Assembly (NCBI GenBank): GCA_016200895.1
Contig: JACQDX010000083.1
Location: 2,400-66,399 of the forward strand
Direction of reading: 5' to 3'
DNA from: Burkholderiales bacterium
Lineage (GTDB): Bacteria > Pseudomonadota > Gammaproteobacteria > Burkholderiales > Burkholderiaceae_D
DNA: 64,000 nucleotides
This document shows, piece by piece, positions 12,171-21,588 of the stretch. A program made the translations under genes and the position numbers. The notes beneath the pieces are model-generated. The model did not search any database, was not told the DNA's origin, and was given only the letters and a program-made list of their open reading frames with translations. Position 1 is the stretch's first letter; every line of letters begins with the position of its first letter.

Positions 12171-12656
12171 ATGATAGACCTTGGTATCAGCAAGCTTGCA
12201 TTGATAGGTGTGGTTGCACTGATTGTTATCGGTCCTGAAAAATTGCCCAAGGTGGCAAGGATGGCTGGCACCCTGCTGGGTCGCGCGCAGCGTTATATCA
12301 ATGAAGTCAAGTCTGAAGTCAGCCGTGAAATCGAGCTGGAAGAATTGCGCAAGATGCAAAAAGATGTACAGGATGCCGCTCACGATGTACAGCAATCCAT
12401 ACATCAGACCTGGTCAGAAACTGAACAGGAATTGCGCAATCTGGGTCAGGAAACCGATACGGCCTTGTTGCATACTGCCACGCCAGAGCAATTGGCAGTC
12501 AAGGCAAAAAGCTTCCGTCGTAAAAAACTTGCCCGCACTTCAGCATTGCCAGCCTGGTATAAAAACCGCCATGGCCAGCGTCAGCATATTATCTCTGGAT
12601 CGGCAAGAATGGCGCGTCACCGTGCCTATCCCCGTTCTGGCAGCAGTTTCTTTTAA
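12171..12656 (+). CDS. tatB: twin-arginine translocase subunit TatB
   Basis: MIDLGISKLALIGVVALIVIGPEKLPKVAR… TatB N-terminus, located between tatA and tatC. Confidence 0.85.
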   Translation: MIDLGISKLALIGVVALIVIGPEKLPKVARMAGTLLGRAQRYINEVKSEVSREIELEELRKMQKDVQDAAHDVQQSIHQTWSETEQELRNLGQETDTALLHTATPEQLAVKAKSFRRKKLARTSALPAWYKNRHGQRQHIISGSARMARHRAYPRSGSSFF

Positions 12657-12700
12657 TTTTCGCTTATGTATTTGCGTTTTCATAATTTGGCGGTATTCGC

Positions 12701-13483
12701 ATGAGCGATCAAACGGAACACAGTCCTGAAGAGAGCTTCATCTCGCATCTGGTGGAATTGCGTGACAGGCTGGTCAAGATACTTGGCGGCGTGCTTTTCG
12801 CCTGTGCAGTCTTGATGATATGGCCGGGGCCGTCGGCCATTTATGATTTTCTGGCGCAACCCATGCTGGCGTCCTTGCCAGTCGGATCGAAAATGATCGC
12901 GACGGGTGTTATCTCACCATTTCTGGTGCCCATGAAAGTGACCTTGCTGGCGGCTTTCATGGTGGCCTTGCCATGGGTTTTGTACCAGGTTTGGGCCTTC
13001 GTTGCACCTGGTCTGTACACGCATGAAAAACGCCTGGTGGCCCCGCTGGTGATTTCTTCATCCGTGTTGTTTCTGAGTGGCGTGGCGTTTTGTTATTTCC
13101 TGGTGTTTGGCCGTGTCTTCAAATTCATTAATGAATTTGCACCCACTTCCATCAGTGTTGCGCCGGATATAGAGAATTACCTAGATTTTATTATTTCCAT
13201 GTGCCTTGCTTTTGGCGTGACATTTGAGGTACCTGTCGTAGTCGTGGTACTAGTGCGCATGGGTTTGGTGCCATTGGAAAAATTGAAGGCTATCCGACCT
13301 TACATCATCGTCGGTGCCTTTGTGATTGCAGCCATCGTGACGCCGCCCGATATTGTCAGCCAGTTTTCACTGGCGGTACCGATGATTTTATTGTTTGAAT
13401 TGGGTTTGCTGATTGCCCCGCTGTTCGTCAGGGCAACCCAGGCTCCTGCAGAGCCTGAGTCCAATGAATCAAACGGGAGCTGA
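12701..13483 (+). CDS. tatC: twin-arginine translocase subunit TatC
   Basis: …SFISHLVELR.RL… start and a six-TM profile (…FEVPVVVVVL…IVTPPD…). Confidence 0.93.
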   Translation: MSDQTEHSPEESFISHLVELRDRLVKILGGVLFACAVLMIWPGPSAIYDFLAQPMLASLPVGSKMIATGVISPFLVPMKVTLLAAFMVALPWVLYQVWAFVAPGLYTHEKRLVAPLVISSSVLFLSGVAFCYFLVFGRVFKFINEFAPTSISVAPDIENYLDFIISMCLAFGVTFEVPVVVVVLVRMGLVPLEKLKAIRPYIIVGAFVIAAIVTPPDIVSQFSLAVPMILLFELGLLIAPLFVRATQAPAEPESNESNGS

Positions 13484-14143
13484 CCTCAACCAGCTTACCA
13501 GTGGCATCGCGCTTCGGTAGGCTGTCAGCAGGGTAGTTTTCAACTCTTCTGTATCCATGCCCTTAAGTGGGCATTCTGTCCACACCATGAAGTTCTTCAG
13601 CTTGATCTGCTCTATATGCGGCAGGTCAGCGTCAAAGCCTTTGGGCGGACGTTGCAGCTTGCCTTCTTCCTGCAGAGTACCAAACTGCGCTTTCAGTTTT
13701 TTGTCTTTCAACACTTTGGCAAAGCCATCCGGATCAGCCACGATATGATTGCGTATCGCCTTCAGACGGTCTGACGGTGGCATATATTCACCGACAGCAT
13801 AAAACAGACGGCCAGTGCCATCCATCTGGAAATAATAGGCAGGCCCGCCACCTTCACTGGGCTTTTTGCGTCCGCTGGGTAAAATGGATGACGAGAATGT
13901 CGTCTTGTACGGCGATTTGTCATGCGCAAAACGCACATCACGGTTAATGCGGAATAAGGCTTTCTTGGGTTCGAGCCCGGCGATGGCAGGGTCAAATTTA
14001 CTGATGTCTGCAATCAATTCAGTCACCAGTTGCAAAAATTCTGCCCGCAAAATGTCATAGCGTGGCTTGTTCATAACGAACCAGGCGCGGTTATTGTTGT
14101 CGCCCAGTTCGGACAAATAAGCTTGCAAGTCAATCAAATGCAT
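13469..14143 (-). CDS. DUF2461 (TIGR02453) family protein
   Basis: …NNNRAWF…FRINRDVRFA.DKSPYK… pattern typical of this family. Its stop overlaps the 3' end of tatC (convergent). Confidence 0.75.
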   Translation of the reverse strand: MHLIDLQAYLSELGDNNNRAWFVMNKPRYDILRAEFLQLVTELIADISKFDPAIAGLEPKKALFRINRDVRFAHDKSPYKTTFSSSILPSGRKKPSEGGGPAYYFQMDGTGRLFYAVGEYMPPSDRLKAIRNHIVADPDGFAKVLKDKKLKAQFGTLQEEGKLQRPPKGFDADLPHIEQIKLKNFMVWTECPLKGMDTEELKTTLLTAYRSAMPLVSWLRSAPV

Positions 14144-14149
14144 GGGTTT

Positions 14150-15325
14150 CTATTCCTTGGATTCTTCTTTACGCGCTGACGGACGCTTACCTATCAGGAT
14201 TTCCAACGTAGGCTCTTTGGTATCACGTAAAACCGTGATTTTGGCTTTGTTACCAGGTTTCAGTTGTGCCACCAGGTTCAGCATCTGGGTGGTGTCACCT
14301 ACTGGCTTGCCCTCAATGGCGATCAGGATGTCGCCTGGCTTCATACCTCCCTTGTCGGCAGGGCCGCCACGGATAACGCCAGCAATGATGGCGCCTGATT
14401 TTTGCTTCAGGCCAAAGCTGTCTGCCAGTTCTGGCGTGATGTCTTGCGGCTCCACGCCTATCCAGCCACGCACCACATGGCCATTGGTGATGATGGATTC
14501 CATCACTTGTTTGATCGTGGTTGCCGGGATGGCAAAGCCTATGCCAACTGAGCCACCAGTCTGTGAATAAATCGCGGTGTTGACACCCAGCAGATTGCCA
14601 TTCACATCCACCAGAGCACCACCAGAGTTGCCGGGGTTGACGGCAGCATCTGTCTGGATAAAGTTTTCAAAGGCATTGTCCGTGAGATTGTTGCGTCCCA
14701 AGGCAGAGATAATACCCATGGTGACAGTCTGGCCTACGCCAAAGGGATTGCCGATAGCGAGCACGACATCGCCGACACTGGCCGTGTCCGAGCGCCCCAG
14801 GGTGATCGCAGGCAAATCCGGCAAATTGATTTTGATGACGGCTAGATCGGTTTCGGGGTCAGTGCCCACTATCTTGGCGCTGGCCTTGCGGCCATCTGTC
14901 AGGGCAACTTCGATATCATCAGCAGCTTCAACGACATGGTTGTTGGTGAGAATATAACCTTCTGAACTAACGATCACGCCTGAGCCCAGGCTGGATAAAC
15001 GCTCAGCCTGCGGGTTTTGCTGGTCACCAAAAAAACGCCTGAGGAAGGGATCATTCAAGAGCGGGTTGCGACGCTGGCGCACTTCTTTTGACGTGAAAAT
15101 ATTCACCACTGAAGGCATGGCGCGCTTTGCCGCCGCACCATACGAGCTTTGCGCGGGTATGCTATTGGCAGGCGCTTCTTTGACGATGGCACCAGCATTC
15201 AAAATCTGGGTTTGCCTGGCGCTATAAGCACCTTTTACCCAGTCGGGTTTCAAGGTGGTTACAATAAACCAGATGGCCAGACCGACAGTGACAGTTTGGG
15301 CAAACAATAACCAAAGACGACGCAT
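14150..15325 (-). CDS. membrane-anchored S1C serine endoprotease with one PDZ domain (DegS/AlgW type)
   Basis: N-terminal TM anchor. Catalytic residues lie in TNNHVV, DLAVIK and GNSGGAL. A single C-terminal PDZ domain is present (…GGPADKGGMKPGDIL…). Confidence 0.9.
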   Translation of the reverse strand: MRRLWLLFAQTVTVGLAIWFIVTTLKPDWVKGAYSARQTQILNAGAIVKEAPANSIPAQSSYGAAAKRAMPSVVNIFTSKEVRQRRNPLLNDPFLRRFFGDQQNPQAERLSSLGSGVIVSSEGYILTNNHVVEAADDIEVALTDGRKASAKIVGTDPETDLAVIKINLPDLPAITLGRSDTASVGDVVLAIGNPFGVGQTVTMGIISALGRNNLTDNAFENFIQTDAAVNPGNSGGALVDVNGNLLGVNTAIYSQTGGSVGIGFAIPATTIKQVMESIITNGHVVRGWIGVEPQDITPELADSFGLKQKSGAIIAGVIRGGPADKGGMKPGDILIAIEGKPVGDTTQMLNLVAQLKPGNKAKITVLRDTKEPTLEILIGKRPSARKEESKE

Positions 15326-15338
15326 AGTGAGAATCAGT

Positions 15339-16100
15339 ATGAAATCAGTGAATCGGGACGAATTAGCGCAATTCCTGGCAAAAGAATTACAGGTAAATAA
15401 CTTCCGTGATTATTGCCCAAACGGCGTGCAGGTGGAAGGGCGCAGCACGATTAAACATATAGTCAGCGGCGTGACTGCCAGTTTAGCATTATTGGAAAAA
15501 GCTGTGGAAATGCAGGCCGATGCCATTCTCGTGCATCACGGTTACTTCTGGCGCGGTGAAGATATGCGCGTTATCGGGCAAAAACAGCGTCGCCTGAAAC
15601 TCTTGCTGGAAAATGATATTTCCCTGTTTGCCTACCATCTGCCGCTGGATAATCACGCAGAACTGGGCAATAACATAGGCCTGGCCCGCCGCCTGGGCCT
15701 GACGGTAGACGGGCGCTTTGGCGAAAATGATCTGGCCTGGCTGGGCACGGTGGATGACAAAGCCATCGCTACCCTGGCCGATCTGGCCCTGCACATAGAG
15801 TTAAGACTAGGTCGCAAACCCTTGCTGATTGGCGATCCGGCTGCTGCTGTTGGCCGGGTTGCCTGGTGCACTGGCGCTGCCCAGAATATGCTGGACCAGG
15901 CGATTGCTGCCGGGGCCTCGGTTTATCTGAGTGGTGAAATTTCCGAGCCCACGGTGCACCTGGCACGTGAATCAGGTGTGGCATACATCGCCTGCGGCCA
16001 TCATGCGACCGAGCGTTTTGGGGTGCAGAGTTTGGGGCAGTTTATTGCTGACACGTTTGGGGTGCAGCATACTTTTGTGGATATTGATAATCCGGTGTGA
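15339..16100 (+). CDS. Nif3-like dinuclear metal centre protein (GTP cyclohydrolase 1 type 2 homologue)
   Basis: …CPNGVQVEG…ILVHHG.FW… and …GHHATE… motifs. I prefer the ATG at 15339, after the divergent protease start, to the ORF-track start at 15255. Confidence 0.85.
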   Translation: MKSVNRDELAQFLAKELQVNNFRDYCPNGVQVEGRSTIKHIVSGVTASLALLEKAVEMQADAILVHHGYFWRGEDMRVIGQKQRRLKLLLENDISLFAYHLPLDNHAELGNNIGLARRLGLTVDGRFGENDLAWLGTVDDKAIATLADLALHIELRLGRKPLLIGDPAAAVGRVAWCTGAAQNMLDQAIAAGASVYLSGEISEPTVHLARESGVAYIACGHHATERFGVQSLGQFIADTFGVQHTFVDIDNPV

Positions 16101-16264
16101 TGTGAGAATCCCCCCTCCCTTTCAAGGGGAGGGTTGGGGAGGGTATGGGTTTCGGTCGATTAACGATCAATGAATTTACGTGAGAAACCTATCTCCATCG
16201 AATTATTACTGTCTTTTTGAATCTGACCGGAACATCCGGTTTTTTGGGCAATGCTCACTAACAA

Positions 16265-16684
16265 TCACTTCCTCAAAGCATCCCTGATCTCACGCAACAG
16301 CAAAATATCTTCTGCGGTTACTTCAGGCGCTGGTTCCGGTGCAGGTTCTGCTTTTTTCAAGGTATTCACCAACTTCACCATCTGGAAAATCACAAAAGCC
16401 AGGATAACAAAACCCACGCTGACCGTAATGAAATTACCATAAGCGATAACACCCCCTGCTTTTTTTGCTTCTGCCAGCACCAGATGCGTACCCTGACCAT
16501 TCAGCGGGATGTAGTAATTGGAAAAATCCAAGCCACCGACAATGCGCCCGATGACAGGCATGACGATATCGCCCACCAGGGAATCGACGATCTTGCCAAA
16601 AGCAGCACCAATGATGACGCCGACAGCCAGGTCAACCACGTTGCCGCGGCTGATAAATGTTTTAAATTCTTGCAACATACTCAT
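16265..16684 (-). CDS. mscL: large-conductance mechanosensitive channel
   Basis: [37 protein letters not shown]… is the canonical MscL N-terminus. Confidence 0.93.
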   Translation of the reverse strand: MSMLQEFKTFISRGNVVDLAVGVIIGAAFGKIVDSLVGDIVMPVIGRIVGGLDFSNYYIPLNGQGTHLVLAEAKKAGGVIAYGNFITVSVGFVILAFVIFQMVKLVNTLKKAEPAPEPAPEVTAEDILLLREIRDALRK

Positions 16685-17081
16685 AGAAAATCTCCGGTTG
16701 AGAGGCTGATAAAGAGGTGGTAAAAAAATTGAGGATCGGGTTCTGGTGCAAATTGGATGTGAAATAAGCTACAAAATGCATGTCCAAAATGTAAGTAGCA
16801 AGATTTTAATGCGCAAAGCAGGCGAAAAGCCCGCAGTTTTTTGTCAATTTTCTTTTCTCTGGACGCCTAAATACTTATTATTGCCTGCGATTTTGTGCTC
16901 AAAGTACAAATCCAGCCAGCCTGAACATGCAATTCAGGCTTGAATTGTTGAAAAATGCCAGCAAGTTGGCGTTTCGGATATCTTTTTCTTTAAAACCATA
17001 TCCGGGTCATTTATAATTTAAGGTTGCTAGAAGCTGGGTTTTGCTTCATCAAGTTTTGATTATTGACAGATTGGGGTTGGT

Positions 17082-17696
17082 ATGAGTATCGAAAAGCAGG
17101 TCGATTCCGGCCGTCGCGGTTTGCTCGTCGCCACATGCGCGGCAGGCGGTGTGGCAGGCTTGGCAACTGCAGGGGCGCTGGTAAGCACGTTCCAGCCATC
17201 CGAACGTGCTAAGGCAGCAGGTGCGCCGGTGGAAGTAGACATTTCGTCCTTGAAGCCAGGCGAAATGCAAACGACAGAGTGGCGCGGTAAGCCAGTGTGG
17301 ATTTTGAAACGCACACAAGAAATGATGGACAGTCTGAAAAAGACTGAAGACAAGGTTGCCGATCCAAAATCGGAAAAACCTTACACCATGGATATGCCAG
17401 ATTATTGCGAGAAGCAAAGCCGTGCCCGTAAAGAGCATAGCGACATCCTGATTGCCGTAGGTATTTGCTCACATCTGGGTTGTTCCCCAAGTTCCAAATT
17501 CCAGGAGGGCGCACAGCCGTCCCTGCCGGATGACTGGAAAGGCGGCTTTCTCTGCCCATGCCACGGTTCGACTTTCGATCTGGCTGGCCGTGTATATAAA
17601 AACAAACCAGCGCCACAAAATCTGGATGTGCCTCGTCACATGTTTTTATCTGACACCAAAATCATCATCGGTAAAGATGAGAAAGGCGAGGCTTAA
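17082..17696 (+). CDS. petA: ubiquinol-cytochrome c reductase, Rieske iron-sulfur subunit
   Basis: Tat-like N-terminus (GRRGLL) and Rieske boxes CSHLGC and CPCHGS. Confidence 0.93.
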   Translation: MSIEKQVDSGRRGLLVATCAAGGVAGLATAGALVSTFQPSERAKAAGAPVEVDISSLKPGEMQTTEWRGKPVWILKRTQEMMDSLKKTEDKVADPKSEKPYTMDMPDYCEKQSRARKEHSDILIAVGICSHLGCSPSSKFQEGAQPSLPDDWKGGFLCPCHGSTFDLAGRVYKNKPAPQNLDVPRHMFLSDTKIIIGKDEKGEA

Positions 17697-17698
17697 TC

Positions 17699-19108
17699 AT
17701 GGCATTTGTTGAGAAAAAACTCCCGGCAGACGCACCTGTCGTGGACAAGGCCTTGAACTGGGTTGATTCCCGTTTTCCGCTGACCAAGCTGTGGAATGAT
17801 CAATGGGGCAAGTACTACGCACCAAAGAACTTCAACTTCTGGTACATCTTTGGTTCCCTGGCGATGCTGGTACTGGTTATCCAGATCGTTACCGGTATTT
17901 TCCTGGTTATGCATTACAAACCAGATGCAACGCTGGCGTTTGCTTCGGTTGAATACATCATGCGTGATGTGCCCTGGGGCTGGCTGGTGCGCTACATGCA
18001 CTCGACAGGCGCTTCGGCATTCTTCATCGTCGTGTACCTGCATATGACCCGTGCTTTCCTGTACGGTTCTTACCGCAAGCCACGTGAACTGATCTGGTTG
18101 TTCGGTTTCGCGATTTTCCTGTGCCTGATGGCCGAAGCCTTCTTCGGTTACCTGCTGCCATGGGGACAAATGTCTTACTGGGGTGCTCAGGTTATTGTTA
18201 ACCTGTTTGGTGCCATTCCTTTCATCGGCCCTGATCTGTCCCTGTGGATCCGTGGTGACTATGTAGTGTCTGATGCGACATTGAATCGCTTCTTCTCTTT
18301 CCACGTCATCGCCATTCCTCTGGTCTTGCTGGGTCTGGTAGTTGCTCACCTGATCGCCTTGCATGAAGTGGGTTCCAACAACCCTGACGGTATTGAAATC
18401 AAAGAAAACCTGGGCCCAGATGGTCACCCTGTTGATGGCGTGCCTTCTCACCCTTACTACACTTTCCACGATCTCTTTGGCGTGACTGTGTTCCTGACTA
18501 TCTTCAGTGCAGTCGTGTTCTTTGCACCGGAAATGGGTGGTTACTTCCTTGAGTACAATAACTTTATCCCGGCTGATTCACTGAAAACGCCTTCACATAT
18601 TGCGCCAACCTGGTATTTCACGCCTTTCTATTCGATTCTGCGTGCGACTACTTCAGAGTTCCTGTTCGTGGTGCAAGCCGGTGCTGCTGCTTATGTCGCA
18701 CTGATCTGGCTGACCACCAAGTTGCCACAATTGCTGAAGATTGCAATTGCAGTAATCACACTGGTCGCTATTGCTGGCATGATGCCTGGTGCTCTCGATG
18801 CGAAATTCTGGGGTGTGGTATTGTTCGGCGGTTCTGTCGTGATCCTGGCTTTCCTGCCATGGCTGGATGTTTCTCCAGTTAAATCAATACGTTATCGTCC
18901 AGACTGGCACAAATATGTGTATATCGTCTTCGGTATTGTTTTCGTTACCCTGGGTTACCTCGGTGTGGAGCCACCTTCACCAGTTCGTGAACGTATCTCC
19001 CAAGTTTGCGCGCTCATCTACTTCGGCTTCTTCATGCTGATGCCATGGTGGAGTGCAATGGGCACATTTAAGCCCGTGCCAAAGCGCGTTACATTTGCAG
19101 CGCACTGA
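17699..19108 (+). CDS. petB: cytochrome b
   Basis: …NFWYIFGSLA…, …RYMHSTGAS.FF… and …PEWYF-like TWYFTPFY… motifs. The product is a long multi-TM protein. Confidence 0.95.
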   Translation: MAFVEKKLPADAPVVDKALNWVDSRFPLTKLWNDQWGKYYAPKNFNFWYIFGSLAMLVLVIQIVTGIFLVMHYKPDATLAFASVEYIMRDVPWGWLVRYMHSTGASAFFIVVYLHMTRAFLYGSYRKPRELIWLFGFAIFLCLMAEAFFGYLLPWGQMSYWGAQVIVNLFGAIPFIGPDLSLWIRGDYVVSDATLNRFFSFHVIAIPLVLLGLVVAHLIALHEVGSNNPDGIEIKENLGPDGHPVDGVPSHPYYTFHDLFGVTVFLTIFSAVVFFAPEMGGYFLEYNNFIPADSLKTPSHIAPTWYFTPFYSILRATTSEFLFVVQAGAAAYVALIWLTTKLPQLLKIAIAVITLVAIAGMMPGALDAKFWGVVLFGGSVVILAFLPWLDVSPVKSIRYRPDWHKYVYIVFGIVFVTLGYLGVEPPSPVRERISQVCALIYFGFFMLMPWWSAMGTFKPVPKRVTFAAH

Positions 19109-19130
19109 GAAAAAGCGAGGAAGAATAAGC

Positions 19131-19895
19131 ATGAAATTACTTAAAAAACTGATCGCTGTGCTGGCATTTGCACCTGCAATGGTACTGGCAAATAGCGGCA
19201 CTTTCCCTCTGGACAGTGCCCCTGACCGTTCCACGGACATGGCTGCTTTGCAAAATGGTGCCAAACTGTTCGTCAATTACTGCCTGAATTGCCACTCTGC
19301 TTCAGCCATGCGTTATAACCGTTTGAAAGATATCGGTTTGACAGATGAGCAGATCAAGCAAAACCTGTTGTTCACTGGTGAAAAAGTCGGCGACCTGATG
19401 AAAACCACCATGTCAGCCAAGGATGCCAAGGACTGGTTTGGCGCGGTGCCACCTGATTTGTCCGTGATTGCCCGTGCCAAAGCATCTGGTGCTGGTACTG
19501 GCGCTGACTGGATTTACACCTATCTGCGTACTTACTACAAAGATGATACCCGCCCGAGCGGCTGGAACAATCTGGTGTTTCCTAACGTAGGCATGCCTCA
19601 CGTACTGTGGGAATTGCAAGGTGTACGTACCATCAAGATGGTGGAAGAAAGCGATCCGCATGATGAATCCAAAAAGATTCACAAGGTCGCTGGCTTTGAC
19701 ACCGTCAAACCTGGCACGATGAGCAAGATAGAATATGACAATGCTGTCGGCGACCTGGTTGCTTACTTGCAGTGGATGGGCGAACCAGCCCAAAGCACAC
19801 GCAAGCGTCTGGGCGTTTGGGTCTTGCTGTTCCTGGCTACGCTGGCAACTCTGGCATGGCGTTTGAACGCATCCTACTGGAAAGAAGTAAAATAA
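19131..19895 (+). CDS. petC: cytochrome c1
   Basis: Signal peptide, haem motif CLNCH, …PPDLS… motif and a C-terminal TM anchor. I prefer the ATG at 19131, after the petB stop. Confidence 0.9.
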   Translation: MKLLKKLIAVLAFAPAMVLANSGTFPLDSAPDRSTDMAALQNGAKLFVNYCLNCHSASAMRYNRLKDIGLTDEQIKQNLLFTGEKVGDLMKTTMSAKDAKDWFGAVPPDLSVIARAKASGAGTGADWIYTYLRTYYKDDTRPSGWNNLVFPNVGMPHVLWELQGVRTIKMVEESDPHDESKKIHKVAGFDTVKPGTMSKIEYDNAVGDLVAYLQWMGEPAQSTRKRLGVWVLLFLATLATLAWRLNASYWKEVK

Positions 19896-20046
19896 ATGTA
19901 AGGTTTCTGGCTTGTGTTGATAGCAGCATGAGTCAGGAATTTTTTGAGATCGTCCGTTTTTCTCCGTCGTAGACGGACGTGTAATCCCTGGGGTGAGGTG
20001 CGCAAAACTGGCTCCTCGCCCTGATCGTTTCTAAGGAACTATAAAA

Positions 20047-20658
20047 ATGATGGTTCTCTACTCGGGTACAACCTGCCCATTTTCTCAACGTTGCCGCCTG
20101 GTTCTGTTCGAAAAAGGCATGGATTTTGAAATCCGCGATGTTGATCTGTTTAACAAGCCTGAAGATATCTCGACCATGAATCCTTATGGTCAGGTGCCTA
20201 TCCTGGTTGAACGAGAATTGATATTGTATGAATCCAATATCATCAACGAATACATTGACGAACGCTTCCCGCATCCGCAACTGATGCCAGCAGACCCGCT
20301 GCAACGCGCACGCGCCCGTCTGATGTTGTTCAATTTTGAAAAAGAATTGTTCATCCACGTCCACACTCTGGAAAACGACAAGAATACTGCGTCGGCCAAA
20401 GTACAGGACAAGGCACGTGCAGAAATCCGCGACCGCCTGACCCAGCTCGCACCTTTGTTCGTCAAGAACAAATACATGCTTGGTGATGAATTCTCAATGC
20501 TGGACGTGGCCGTTGCCCCATTGCTGTGGCGCCTCGATCACTACGGTATAGAATTGTCGAAGACGGCAGCACCTTTGATGAAATATGCAGAACGTATTTT
20601 CTCCCGCCCTGCCTACATCGAAGCACTGACACCTTCTGAAAAAGTCATGCGCAGATAA
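20047..20658 (+). CDS. sspA: stringent starvation protein A (GST-fold)
   Basis: …LYSG..CP.S.R.R.VL.EKG…VPILV.R…L.ES..I.EY.DERFPHP.L.P pattern of SspA, followed by sspB. Confidence 0.9.
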   Translation: MMVLYSGTTCPFSQRCRLVLFEKGMDFEIRDVDLFNKPEDISTMNPYGQVPILVERELILYESNIINEYIDERFPHPQLMPADPLQRARARLMLFNFEKELFIHVHTLENDKNTASAKVQDKARAEIRDRLTQLAPLFVKNKYMLGDEFSMLDVAVAPLLWRLDHYGIELSKTAAPLMKYAERIFSRPAYIEALTPSEKVMRR

Positions 20659-20684
20659 GCAAGACCTGTTTCAAGATAAGATAA

Positions 20685-20718
20685 CAAGGCTGATGCAAAC
20701 GTCAGCCTTGTTGTTTTT
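20685..20718 (+). terminator. intrinsic-terminator-like hairpin between sspA and sspB
   Basis: Perfect 9-bp stem caaggctga/tcagccttg with an 8-nt loop, followed by ttgttttt. Confidence 0.6.
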
Positions 20719-20781
20719 GGGCTGTCCGCCTAAAGTACCCTTAAGCACCTCTTAACGTACATTTTCACCGATTGTATAAAC

Positions 20782-21273
20782 ATGCAAGAAATATCTACCA
20801 AGCCTTATTTTATGCGTGCCATCTATGAGTGGTGCACCGACAATGGCTATACGCCTTACATGGCGGTCAAGGTCAACCATGCTGCCCGCGTGCCTATGGA
20901 ATTCGTCAGGAACGGTGAAATTGTACTCAACATCAGTTTCGGCGCGACCAGTGGCCTGAAGATGGATAATGATGCTGTCGCCTTCAAGGCCCGCTTCGGT
21001 GGTGTATCCCGCGAAATTTATGTACCAGTAGAAAACGTGCTGGCAGTCTACGCCAGTGAAAACGGCCAGGGCATGGCGTTTGAAGTTGATCTAAGCGAAG
21101 CAGACGAAGAAAGCGCAGATACCGCCACTGAAGTTGAAGAAAATACCAAGCCCGTGCTTGGTCTGGCAGCCGTCAGCAGCAAGCCAACCCCAGTAGAAAA
21201 CCAGGTTTCTGCAGAAGAACCTAAAAAATCTGAAAAAAAATCAGAAAAGCCCTCGCTAAAAATAATAAAGTAG
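20782..21273 (+). CDS. sspB: ClpXP specificity-enhancing factor SspB
   Basis: …KPYF.RA.YEW..DN..TPY..V… N-terminal domain, an acidic linker and a C-terminal LKIIK ClpX-binding-like tail. Confidence 0.9.
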   Translation: MQEISTKPYFMRAIYEWCTDNGYTPYMAVKVNHAARVPMEFVRNGEIVLNISFGATSGLKMDNDAVAFKARFGGVSREIYVPVENVLAVYASENGQGMAFEVDLSEADEESADTATEVEENTKPVLGLAAVSSKPTPVENQVSAEEPKKSEKKSEKPSLKIIK

Positions 21274-21331
21274 CCTATAATCTTGGTCTTCGGGAATGCA
21301 ACGGCAACGTGGCAAAAACGAAAAAAGTTTC

Positions 21332-21407
21332 GCCGACTTAGCTCATTTGGTAGAGCAGTTGACTTGTAATCATCAGGTGGCCAGTTCGATTCCGGCAGTC
21401 GGCACCA
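21332..21407 (+). tRNA. tRNA-Thr (anticodon TGT)
   Basis: 76-nt cloverleaf folded by hand: acceptor GCCGACT/AGTCGGC, D arm GCTC…GAGC, anticodon loop CT-TGT-AA, T loop GTTCGATTC, encoded CCA. There is one mismatch in the anticodon stem and one in the T stem. Confidence 0.8.
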
Positions 21408-21411
21408 AATT

Positions 21412-21449
21412 AAAAACCCATCGTTAGCAATAACGGTGGGTTTTTCTTT
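21412..21449 (+). terminator. intrinsic terminator after the tRNA
   Basis: aaaacccatcgtta-gcaa-taacggtgggttttt hairpin followed by a T-run. Confidence 0.6.
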
Positions 21450-21588
21450 ATCATTCAAGAATCTTGCTTATTTCATGAGGAATTTTTCTTGAACTGCACA
21501 AGCCTGCCACGGTCATAATCCGTGTTTGTTAAATTTCAGGACATGGACTTTGACATACTTTTTCTTCAACTTGTGGCTTAGAGGTTTT

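Noticed and set aside
15326-15420. Search for a sigma-E type promoter (GGAACTT-N16-TCTGA-like) upstream of the DegS/AlgW-like protease gene.
   Set aside because: Only a partial -35-like GGAAGTT was found, with no acceptable -10 element at the right spacing. The 13-bp gap between the divergent start codons means the promoters lie inside the neighbouring coding sequence and cannot be assigned by eye.
16101-16150. GC-rich ccctccctt-tca-aggggaggg hairpin followed by ttggggaggg, considered as a REP or mobile element.
   Set aside because: There is only a single copy in the window, and it sits between the convergent Nif3-like and mscL genes. It is adequately explained as a transcription terminator, and family membership cannot be judged without the whole genome.
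16746-16943. 65-aa ORF in the mscL-petA intergenic region.
   Set aside because: It lies in an AT-rich promoter region, has no ribosome-binding site, and the peptide is low-information. It is most likely non-coding.
21048-21458. 136-aa minus-strand ORF covering the sspB 3' end and the tRNA-Thr gene.
   Set aside because: It overlaps a well-formed tRNA and its terminator, and the product has no motifs. It is an artefact of ORF calling.
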